Below, one piece after another: positions 51,429 through 62,019 of a stretch of 64,000 nucleotides of DNA (within the stretch, counting starts at the first letter, position 1; every line of letters begins with the position of its first letter). Under the pieces are notes generated by a model. That model saw only the letters and a program-made list of their open reading frames with translations. It was not told where the DNA came from and did not search any database. The DNA is from Octopus sinensis. Taxonomy: Eukaryota. Location of the stretch: contig NC_043001.1 of assembly GCF_006345805.1 (NCBI RefSeq), positions 31,310,001 to 31,374,000 on the forward strand, read 5' to 3'. Made by a program: the position numbers and the translations under genes.

Positions 51429-52284
51429 TCCTCTATAAAAAAAAAAAAAACCCTGCTATTTCGGCAAAGAAAAGAAACGTCATATCCATTGCTCAAATGA
51501 GGTGCTGTACTTCAGGGGTTTTTTTCCAAACATCATTTTTTCTTTCCAGGTTTTTGGTTCGCTATGCATACCTTTTCTTCCACCAGCCACTCATGTAGAA
51601 TGACAACTTATAAACAGGTGATAGATGAAAATATCCATTGGATTACTATCCTATCAAGTGATAAAAGCTTCTTTCAAAACCTTATCTGTCCAAGTTGATG
51701 GTATCAGCATCAAATCGAAATTTCATTTTTCTGCATTTTCAAGTTTATGGATCCCCTCTGGCTTTCGGCAATTAATATTCCAGTCATTCTATCAACTAAA
51801 TTATCTATTCCTGGTATTATAATTATAAATCGTGATATATTCCGCTGATACTTAATACTCAGCCATAATTAGCGTGACATAGTGCGTGAAAAAGCTGGTC
51901 TTTTGGATTACAAGTAAATTCCACCCAACAGGTCTCCACAGACATACCGTCTTCTCACATTCATTCACAGAGGTTGGTTCGGTTCGAAGCTAAGTTAGAA
52001 GATAAAAGATATTTTCTCATGTTGCCGCGGAGTGGGATCGTACCCTGGATCACATGGTTACAGTGAATTTCTTAACCAGCTGGCAAATGCCTGTGCCTTT
52101 ATACACACACACACACACACGCGCGCGCACAAATGCACACACACATACTACATGCGATGGAAACAAGGAAATGGTAACGGAAGTGCCTAATAAACGACAA
52201 TAGGAACTGAAAAAAGAAGCAAGGCATAAGTGACAAGGAAGGAAGATGACGGCAAGTGGAACTGAAGTACAATAAAGATACAAC

Positions 52285-52330
<46 letters not shown>

Positions 52331-52343
52331 AAGTGTGTGTATG

Positions 52344-52388
<45 letters not shown>

Positions 52389-52854
52389 ACAAAAGTATAA
52401 GTATTGCCCTAACACACACCACATATATGTACATATACAAATATACATATATAAATATATATGGGGTTGCCTACGCGTGCATACATTTACACATACAGAA
52501 CAGACACACACATTTTTTTTTTTGCACATCACAACATGAATCAGAAGTGGTGCAATAAATTCAAATATTTGAAAGCCTTTAGCTGTGATCAAGAACAACT
52601 ACATAAGAATGCAAACACATTCTTTCTAAAGCATAGAAGGAATGTTTGCATCTTCATGTTGTTCTTTATCACAACTAAAGGGTTTCTTATAAATAAGCCA
52701 TAAGTGAATCAGATTTTAAGCATACTTTACATTCGTACACATAAAGTTGGCGGCCCATGACACAGCGAAATAGTTAGTTAGTTTTAACTGCTATTTCTAA
52801 ATTTCGGTATGTGGTGAAGAAAATTTTTGCTGAACCCTTATTATAATTATACTC

Positions 52855-53014
52855 AGGAGTGGCTGTGTGGTAAGTAGCTTGCTTACCAACCACATGGTTC
52901 CGGGTTCAATCCCACTGCGTGGAACCTTGGGCAAGTATCTTCTACTATAGCCTCGGGCCGACCAAAGCCTTGTGAGTGGATTTGGTAGACGGAAACTGAA
53001 AGAAGCCCGTCGTA

Positions 53015-53051
<37 letters not shown>

Positions 53052-54024
53052 ATGTGTGTGTATATTTTTGCGTGTTTGTTCCCCCCTCCCTACATCACTT
53101 GATAAACGATGCTGGTGTGTTCACGTCCCCGTAACTTAGCGGTTCGGCAAAAGAGACCGATAGAATAAGTACTAGGCTTACAAAGAATAAGTCCTGGGGT
53201 CGATTTGCTCGACTAAAGGCGGTGCGGATCTTTTCCTTTTGATGGACGGAATTTTCTAGTTAACTAAACAATTTGAAACTTCGTATACTGGTAGAATGTG
53301 TCAAAAGAAAACATTATTGTAAACAAAATTGAAAACAAAATTGTAATTTCTAAGTTTAACGTAGTTTAATTCTACGAATTTTAACCAATGAGATCCCAGC
53401 ATTTGAGCTCAATTCATTTTCTGCGTCTAAAAACTCACACACACACACGTCTTATTCATCCTTATCTCTTCTGTCTTCTGTATGTGCTCTGCATGTGCTA
53501 GAAATAACAGCTATATAACTTAAATCGATGTATTTCGTCGCCCAATAAAAATATTAACGATATTTTTTGAATATTTTCTTTATATATCTTTTACCGAAAA
53601 GGCTTCTCCCATGGCTTTGAAGGGCCAGAAACAACAAAAACAAAACAATAATATGCCTAAAGCGGTCTAGAGTATGCGCGTGGAGTGTGAGTCGTATTGT
53701 AAAAATTTGCGAAATAGTTTTTCATAAAAGGATGCCCCAGCTTGTCGGAAGCTGTGATATAAATTGGGAAAAAATCCTCGACACCAGTGCGTAGTTGGTA
53801 CTTAATTTATCAACCCCGAAACGATGAAACATTGACCCCCCCCCTTCTGGTTTATTTACCTTTTGTGCAAATTTGTTGCGGCAAGGGGCAAAACACGAAC
53901 GCTTGTGTGCGTATGTGTGTGTATGTATATGTCCGTTTGTATGTGTGTGTACGCTTATATATTAATTACTATGTGCTTGTGCAAATGTATATGCATGTGC
54001 AAGTGTACGTGTGTATGTATCTGA

Positions 54025-54077
<53 letters not shown>

Positions 54078-54420
54078 CGGCATGCGTCTGCTATGTTTCT
54101 TTATCAATATCGATAACGCAGCAAATGATTTGAGTTCAAATGCTGGGATTTCATTGATTAAAATTCGAAGATGCTGGGATTTCATTGGTTAAAATTCGAA
54201 GATGCTAGAATTAAACTACGTTAAACTTAGAAATTACAATTTTGTTTTCAATTTTGTTTACAATAATGTTTTCTTTTGACACATTCTACCAGTATACGAA
54301 GTTTCAAATTTTTTAGTTAACTAGAAAATTCCGTCCATCAAAAGGAAAAGATCCGGCGGTGCTCCAGAATGGCCACAGTCAAATGACTGAAACGAGTGAA
54401 AGAGAGTAAAAAAAGAGTAA
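52855..54420 (+). mobile_element. SINE family A split by a TIR transposon
   Basis: Body to 53225; tail resumes at 54355. Confidence 0.9.
53226..54354. mobile_element. Non-autonomous DNA transposon with ~200-bp GG-terminal TIRs and 8-bp TSD (Merlin- or MULE-like)
   Basis: TIRs GGATCTTTTCCTTTTGATGGACGG... and ...CCGTCCATCAAAAGGAAAAGATCC; TSD GGCGGTGC at 53218-53225 and 54355-54362 restores the intact SINE A sequence. Confidence 0.9.
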
Positions 54421-54460
54421 CTAAGTGTATAGTTGAGGGAAAACAAAGACTGTGTGTGTG

Positions 54461-54498
<38 letters not shown>

Positions 54499-54948
54499 GC
54501 TGAGTTTTGAAGTATCGTAAGAATCGTGTGTGCGTGGGAGAAGCCACTTGTTGTTGGGTAGCAACACTAAAAATATAATATTAAAAGTGTGCTTCAGAAA
54601 AGAGGAAGAGTGACTGTAATTATTGGCAGTGTAGCAATCATTGTTGACCAAGTATATGAACTGGGTCAGAAGCGATATGGACTTCAGGCTGCGTATGGTT
54701 GAAAAGGTGACAAGGTCAGCCTTTACCGTCGCCATCCGTTTGGAATGAGAAACTGTTTTCATGTCTGTCTCCTAGCGTACTTATATTTCATTTCATCCAT
54801 GTACACTTATACACACGCTTACACACGGGCATGCACATCTACATCGTATACATACACACACACACACATGCACACATATACGTACACACACATACACTCA
54901 CACGCATGTACACACGTATGTGTGTGTGTGTATACACATACATTTTAT

Positions 54949-55001
<53 letters not shown>

Positions 55002-55937
55002 ATTTTATATATACATAAATATAATTAGGGTAACTATTGCTTCACCACTGTGCTAATTAGCTGAACCCTAATTATAATTATGTTTATAATTATAAAATAT
55101 TTGTATACTTTACCTATAAAGGTTTTTAAACGTACCGATCTACTTCGTGAAATTATTAATTAATTGATTGATTAATTAATTAATTTAATTGATAAAATTT
55201 ACCCTTTTATTATATATATTATGTTTGCAAAATCCTTAATTATATATTAATATATATATATATATATATATAAATTATTATAAGGTGAGAGAAATAGATA
55301 CTATTTAATAGATATCTATCACACCAAGTGGCCTAGTGCTCCGAGAAACCTGGATTATTATAATTTTATAATATATTTATATTTTTACAAAATAAATATA
55401 AGAGAGTGGTCACTATATGGCTCACTCTACACCAGTTAATCCAAAGGTTCAACCACAAAAATACATGTTTTATGAAAGTCAGTACTATTGTTAGCTCACA
55501 CGGACAGGGCAATAAAAAAATAACAAAATACAGATTATTTGGGACAATTGTTTCGCTATTAATGAATTAAGGTAATTTTACTTTACAACAAAATCCACTT
55601 GTATTCGTCAGCCAAAACTATTTTATATATATATATATATATATACGTTCTGAGTTCTTATTCCGCCGAGGTCGACTTTCATCCTTTCCAGGTCGATAAA
55701 TTAAGTACCAGCTGCGTGCTGAGGTTGGTCCAATCGACTGGCTCCCTCCCTAAAAGTTTCGGGCATTGTGCTTAGAGTAAAAAAGTATACATTCTTTTAT
55801 TCTTCTACTTGTTTCAGTCATTTGACTGTGGCCATGCTGGAGCACCGCCTTTAGTCGAGCGAATCGACCACATATGTGATATGTAAATAAATATATATTT
55901 TTACAACCATCCAGCATTCTGAACACCTTTCTTCTTT

Positions 55938-55965
<28 letters not shown>

Positions 55966-55968
<3 letters not shown>

Positions 55969-56600
55969 TGAAGTAGATAAATGAATTATCTTATTACGGA
56001 TTATTCAAATGATAACCGACACCTGGGTAGCAAAAATCACAACAGAAAAAGCATGGTTGAGGTTACGACCATGGGGCCTAGAATCCGTGCCTTAGTGCGG
56101 AAATTTGAAGTTTTATATATTTAGTGCAGGAAGAAATGGAGCTGAACGAAGATTTAACAAAATTCCTTTTTATTATTTTCTACATATGTTTCAAAGGCTG
56201 CAAAGTCCCTAATTCGGATTGAATAAGGAGTCCATTTTGCAGCCTTCTCTTCAGGAAAATCCAGGAACTTAATTCTCCAACAAAATGCACAGCAAGCTTT
56301 TCGACAAACGCTCACGAGGAGCCCATGGAATAAATGGCACAAACTGTCTATCAATATGCGTTGACGCCAGGCTGGGTGAAAGCCGACGAGAAAGTCCGTT
56401 GAGATAATTCAAGGTCAAAATCCGGTTAACAGAAGGGGAGTACAGGAAAATCAAAGAGTGTGAATGTATTCTGTAGAAATGAAGAATATTCCTAATCGAA
56501 GACATTAGTATATTCCGGTTTGTCGAAAAATGAAGGAAGAATCTAAGTAAAAATGTATGAGAAGCCACTTCTAGCAGCCTTTAATAGGTATCCTCAGCAC
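55966..56600. mobile_element. Hammerhead-bearing PLE-like repeat (family H), copy 1
   Basis: 55966-56044 is direct to 61518-61596; 56128-56327 is inverted relative to 61614-61812; adjoins (TA)n. Right boundary approximate. Confidence 0.7.
56175..56260 (-). ncRNA. Type I hammerhead ribozyme with 12-bp-plus extended stem II
   Basis: Minus strand: ATTTTC / CTGAAGA / GAAGGCTGCAAA..31 nt..TTTGCAGCCTTT / GAAA / CATATG / TA / GAAAAT. Confidence 0.85.
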
Positions 56601-56736
56601 CAAAGCACCAAATTCTTCAGCTGCAGTTTAAGTCGGAGTTTTAGTGGTGAACTAAACTGAATACTCATAGTATTACATTACGTCAGTTGATGAACCTTCC
56701 GCCTCTCTCTCTCTCTCTCTCTCTTATATATATATA

Positions 56737-57108
56737 CTAGCAGTATCGCCCGGCGTTGCTCGGGTTTGTAAGGGAAATAACTATATAAGCATTTTTAGAG
56801 AGTTATAGCCAAAAAATAGCAAAAAAATGCATTAAAAATGGAAAAAAAATGATAGTAAATTTTTTTTTAATCGTTGACTCATCGTAGACATTTTTAGAGA
56901 GTTACTTTCCTTATATAATAGCGAAAAAATGATGGTAATTTTTTTTTAATTGTAGACTCATCGTAGACGCGCGCTAATACCCAGAAGGGCTCGATATGTT
57001 TCACGACTATAAGATACCCGGTTTTGGTTAAACTGCACCGCAAAATGTGGGAGTAGTTAGGAATCTAAATCGTAGGAGACAGACACACAACTTCTCTTGT
57101 ATATATAA
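56737..57108 (-). mobile_element. Non-autonomous Helitron (termini related to 51040-51428)
   Basis: Minus 3' end CCCGAGCAACGCCGGGCGATACTGCTAG|T; 5' end TATATA..AGAAGTTGTGTGTCTGTC. Confidence 0.8.
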
Positions 57109-57117
57109 AAATATATG

Positions 57118-57150
<33 letters not shown>

Positions 57151-57395
57151 ACATACATACATGTAGAGAGCGCGAGAGTTAGATCGGGAGGGAGTGTATA
57201 TTTGTGTAAGTACATAAGTGCAAAACAAGAAAGTATAGAATTCAAATACGAAATGTAATGTCAAGTATAAAATTGTATTGAAAATGTAAAAAAAAAAAGA
57301 TAAAAAAAACTCCAAACACTCCGTTACTCCGATACTTGAGTTTAGTGTTTGCAAGCTACTAGCCTAAGTATATGCACGCGCGTACCTCCCCCCGC

Positions 57396-57432
<37 letters not shown>

Positions 57433-57564
57433 TCTCAACGAATTGCCGGAACATGCATTTATAATAAGGAACTGTCCCATCACATTATAATAAAGTACCC
57501 CACAAATATCTTATATAGAATTAATTTCACAAAGAAACTACATGAAGAACTTTGGTACATTTAT

Positions 57565-57815
57565 AAGTTACTCTCTCTTTTACTCTTTCACTCTTCTACT
57601 CGTTTCAGTCATTTGACTGCGGCCATGCTGGTGCACCGCTTTTTAGTCGAGCAAATCGACCCCAGGACTTGTTCTATGGAAACCTAGTACTTATTTTATC
57701 GGTCCCTTTTGCTGAACCGCAAAGTTACGGGGGACGTAAACACTCCGCCATCGGTTGTCAAGTGATAGGGGGGGGGGGTAAACACAGACACACAAAAATA
57801 CACACACATAAACAT

Positions 57816-57862
<47 letters not shown>

Positions 57863-58035
57863 CATATATACGACAGGCTTCTTTCAGTCTCGTCTACCAA
57901 ATCCACTCACAAGGCTTTAGTCGGCCCGAGGCTATAGTAGATGATGACACTTGCCCAAGGTGCCACGCAGAGGGAATGAACCCGGAACCATGTGGTTGGT
58001 AAGCAGCTACTTACCACACAGCCACTCCTGCGCCT
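57565..58035 (-). mobile_element. SINE family A, full-length
   Basis: Reverse complement of consensus. Confidence 0.9.
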
Positions 58036-58379
58036 AAAAGTTGTAAAATATAATTCAAATTTTAACTAATAGATTAAGTATCGACTAAAAGACTAAGTAT
58101 CGACAAGGAACTTTAAATCCGGTGAACCAATTTTATCAGATAAAGCGATATTCCTATGATCCTTTGTAACCTACTTGCACAGCGCGCAAACAAGTCAAAT
58201 ACTACTATAATTTCATTTAGATGATAAAATCGAAACGGACTCGAGAGGCTAAAGCATTTAAGAGTGCTATAGTTCCGAACAAAACTTAAATGACAAGTAG
58301 GAAAATAAGATAAATCTTTAATTAAAAAAAAACAAGCACGAAAATCTAATGTAGTCGTGTCTTTAATATAAGGCATGGC

Positions 58380-59330
58380 TAAGGCGGCAAGGTAGTAGAT
58401 TCATCAGCACGCCAGTGGAAATGGTTAGCGGCATTTCGTCCGTCTATACATCCTGAGTTCAAATTCCACCGGGGTCGACTTTGCCTTTCATCCTTTCGGG
58501 GTCGATAAAATAAGTACCAGTTGAACACTGGGGTCGATATAATCGACTTAACCCCTCCCCCAAATTTGTTGGCCTTGCGCCGAAACTTCAAACCTATATA
58601 AGGCTTGGCTGAGTGCTTAAGAAACATGCTTCGTAGCCATGTGGTTTCGGGTTCAATCCCACTCCGCGGAACTTTGGGCAAATGTCTTATATCTATATAT
58701 ATATATATATATGTATACATTGATTTCAAATTTTGATACAAAGCCAGAAATTTCAGGGGAGGGTTAAGTCGATTACATCGAATCCAGTGTTCAACTTGTA
58801 CTTATTTTATTTATCTCGAACGGATAAAAAGCAAAGTCGACATCGGCTGAATTTGAACTCAGAACGTGAAGACGAACGAAATGCTGCTAAGCTTTTTTCC
58901 TGGCATGCTAACGATTCTGACAGCGCACGACCCTTGTATATATTTATATATGTATGCGTATAAGGCGGCGAGCTGGCAGAGACGTTAGCACGACGGGCGA
59001 AATGCGTAGCCGTATTTCGTCTACCGTTACGTTCTGAGTTCAAATTCCGCCGAGGTCGACTTTGCCTCTCATCCTTTCGGGGTCGATAAATTAAGTACCA
59101 GTTACGCACTGGGGTCGATGTAATCGACTTAATCCCTTTGTCTGTCCTTGTTTGTCCCCTCTATGTTTAGCCCCTTGTGGGTAGTAAAGAAATAGGTATT
59201 TCGTCCGACGCTACGTTCTGAGTTCAAATTCCGCCGAGGTCGACTTTGCTTTTCATTCTTTCGGGGTCGATTAAATAAGTACCAGTTGTGTACTGAGGTC
59301 GATCTAATCGACTGACCCCCTCTCCAAAAT
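58380..59330. mobile_element. SINE cluster: SINE B (-) 58380-58595, SINE A head 58600-58690, SINE B (-) 58725-58930, SINE B dimer (+) 58963-59330
   Basis: Consensus matches in the stated orientations. Confidence 0.85.
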
Positions 59331-59354
59331 TATATATATATATATATGGCTTGT

Positions 59355-59685
59355 GAAGGCGCGTGGCTTATTGGTTAGGGTATTTGACTCACGATCGTAT
59401 GGGCGTGAGTTCAATACTCGGCGACGCGTTGTGTCCTTGAGCAAGGAACTGTCTCACGTTGCTCCTGTTCATTCAGTTGGCAAAAATTAATGGTACCTGT
59501 ATTTCAAAGGGCCAGCCTTATCATATTCTGCGTCACGCTGAATCTCACGGAGAACTACGTTAAGGGTATACGTGTCTGTGGAATGCTCAACCACTTGCAC
59601 GTTGATTTAACGAGCAGGCTGTTCTGTTAATCGTATCAACTGGAGCACAGGTCGTCGTAAGCGACGGAGTGTCAGTTGTCGATGT
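59355..59685 (+). mobile_element. tRNA-derived SINE (family E)
   Basis: Head GGCGCGTGGCTTATTGGTTAGGG..GTGAGTTCAATACTC followed by TGTGTCCTTGAGCAAG. Confidence 0.65.
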
Positions 59686-59692
59686 GTGTGTG

Positions 59693-59728
<36 letters not shown>

Positions 59729-59742
59729 GTGTGTGTGTGTGT

Positions 59743-60009
59743 GGAGGCGCAATGGCCCAGTGTTAGGGCAGCGGACTCGCGGTAGGAGGATCGCGGTTTC
59801 GATTCCCAGACCGGGCGTTGTGTGTGTTTATTGAGCGAAAACACCTAAAAGCTCCACGATGCTCCGGCAGGGGGTGGTGATCCCGGCTGTACTCTTTCAC
59901 CATTCTTTCTCCCACTTTCTTCTGTTGGCCTGCTCGAAGGCTAAAACAATCGAACGCATTGTGACGAGCGATGTGTAGCAACATCTGATTGTCTGGTCGG
60001 TCACGTGAT

Positions 60010-60017
<8 letters not shown>
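59743..60017 (+). mobile_element. tRNA-Arg-like SINE (family F)
   Basis: GGAGGCGCAATGGCCCAGTGTTAGGGCAGCGGACTCGCGG..GGTTTCGATTCCC; tail CACGTGATCACGTGAT. Confidence 0.7.
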
Positions 60018-60071
<54 letters not shown>

Positions 60072-60393
60072 AGAATTTTAGTGATAAAAGAAGAGATAAT
60101 TAAAAATATAACTTAATCTTACGCGCGTGTACCCTCATTGTTATAAACGGACGCCATTTGTAAATATCGAGGTTCTCATTGCAGTCGGAAACTAATTCGA
60201 CCTGACCGGTTTCGATATTTTTAATGCATCATTAGAAATCAGTTAGTCATTTCTATCCACCGAGAAACAGTAGCGTATTGCCACTGAAGATATATTCAGA
60301 CTTAGGCAAGATTATATTAGTCTGCATGACTTGTTTAACAGGGCAAGGGTGTTAGATGCTTAATAGAAGCAAAGATAAGCTTATGAGTGTCGG

Positions 60394-60463
60394 GCCGGAT
60401 AACTGAAGAGATGGCGGCGTGGATTTCCACCTCGGCATCCGAAATTCGGAGTTTTATCATGGC
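60394..60463 (+). ncRNA. Degenerate type I hammerhead with long stem II
   Basis: GCCGGATAA / CTGAAGA / GATG.CG..GTGG-ATTT-CCAC..CG.CATC-C / GAAA / TTCGGAG / TT / TTATCATGGC. Confidence 0.5.
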
Positions 60464-60716
60464 TACCGAATAATTGTTTCATATTACATTTACAGATAAA
60501 TTCCTCTATTTACATAATATTGAGGTCTCTTTCTTTCTTTTGTTGTCTTACCTGTCTTCTTACAATGCAACTAAAAACCGTGGGTTTTCTATATTTATGT
60601 GACCCCCACTCCAAAAAAACAAACAAACAAATGTGGCGTAGCTACAATGTGCCCTACCCAGGGCAGCCCCTGAGTTTGTCGTCCACTTGCCCACTCCCAA
60701 GTACATATAGGGTTAA

Positions 60717-60930
60717 CTCTTTAGCATTTAAACCGACCATATCCAAATATTCAACCAGTTTTATATTCAAACTGGTCAGATTCAGATTCTCTCACCTACC
60801 CTACAATGTCATTCTAAAAATAAGCAATCCCTTCAGTGAAATCTCAAGACTACCAGATGATGCATGATTAAATGGAACCATGTAAATAAACAAGCTTTAC
60901 ATTTAACAAAGTAATCTCAATGCTAAAGGG
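60717..60930. mobile_element. piggyBac-type MITE
   Basis: TTAA at both ends (60713-60716, 60931-60934); TIRs CTCTTTAGCATT and AATGCTAAAGGG (11 of 12 match). Confidence 0.8.
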
Positions 60931-60974
60931 TTAAACAGCGGAACCAAAATACTACCCCATTAATGCATCGCCCA

Positions 60975-61077
60975 GAGTGGAGCACCCCTCACCTGGATTG
61001 GAACACTCCTGGCCCTGAGTGGAGCACCCCTCACCTAGAGTGGAACACTCCTGGCCCTGAGTGGAGCATCCCTCGCC
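60975..61077. repeat. GC-rich 42-bp (2 x 21) minisatellite
   Basis: GAGTGGAGCACCCCTCACCT.GA.TGGAACACTCCTGGCCCT starts at 60975 and 61017, with a partial unit at 61059. Confidence 0.85.
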
Positions 61078-61483
61078 AGCCTCGCTTCAAAGATGCTACT
61101 GTAGAAAATTGATTAGTTTTACCAATTTATCAAAATCTTATCGTATATAGAAGCACAACACAGCGGCAGGGTATGTAGATTTATAAAATAATCGTATGGA
61201 CGTGTGTTTGTGATAAATTCAGATTGCCAACATGTCCACTGTTATGTAGATTAGTTAGATAAATCCAGTTTCATTCGACTATGAGTACACTATAAATAGC
61301 TAGAGTGTATTAGTTATTGTATAGACAGAAACTGACTAATTGATCTCTAATGTGAAACGAATAAATACTGAAATTAGTCAGAACAGCCGGCTTTCCTAAC
61401 CCTCCAAAGAAAAAAATGTGGTTAACCATGGTGTTCGCTTTGCACAATGCAGTTAAATAATGTATATTTATCTTAGATTTCTA

Positions 61484-61517
<34 letters not shown>

Positions 61518-61519
<2 letters not shown>

Positions 61520-61812
61520 TTGAAGTAGATAAATGAATTATCTTATTACGGATAATTCGAAAGATAACCGATACCTGGGTAGCAAAATTCACAACATTTT
61601 GTATCATTAATTTCATGGGCTCCTCGCGAGCGTTTGTCGAAAAGCTTGTTGTGCATTTTGTTGGAGAATTAAGTTCCTGGGATTTCCTGAAGAGAAGCTG
61701 CAAAATGGACTCCTTATTCAATCGGATTAAAGGACTTTGCAGACTTCGAAACATATGTCGAAAATAAAATAAAGGAATTTTGTTAAATCTTCGTTCAGCT
61801 CCATTCTTTCCT
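61518..61812 (+). mobile_element. Hammerhead-bearing PLE-like repeat (family H), copy 2
   Basis: Homologous to 55966-56327; flanked on both sides by (TA)n. Confidence 0.75.
61683..61763 (+). ncRNA. Type I hammerhead ribozyme with extended stem II
   Basis: TTTC / CTGAAGA / GAAG-CTGCAAA..TTTGCAG-A-CTTC / GAAA / CATATG / TC / GAAA. GUC triplet. Confidence 0.85.
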
Positions 61813-62019
61813 ATACTATATATATATATATATTATATATATATATATATGATATATATATATATATATATATATTACATATATATTATATGAAAAGACC
61901 AACAGTGAAAACAGCGTTCTTTATGGGGGTGGGTTTCTTTGCAAATGAAAAAGAACACTTTGGGATTGAGTTTTATTTTCTCAATGGCCCAACTCTCTTC
62001 AGCTGCTCTTTGTTAATGA

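Noticed and set aside
55541-55612. Minus-strand CTGACGA ... GAAAC-AATT-GTC
   Set aside because: The stem III palindrome and site look right, but the intervening ~50 nt form no stem II.
59355-59830. tRNA genes
   Set aside because: The heads have A/B boxes but broken acceptor and anticodon stems and continue into SINE bodies.
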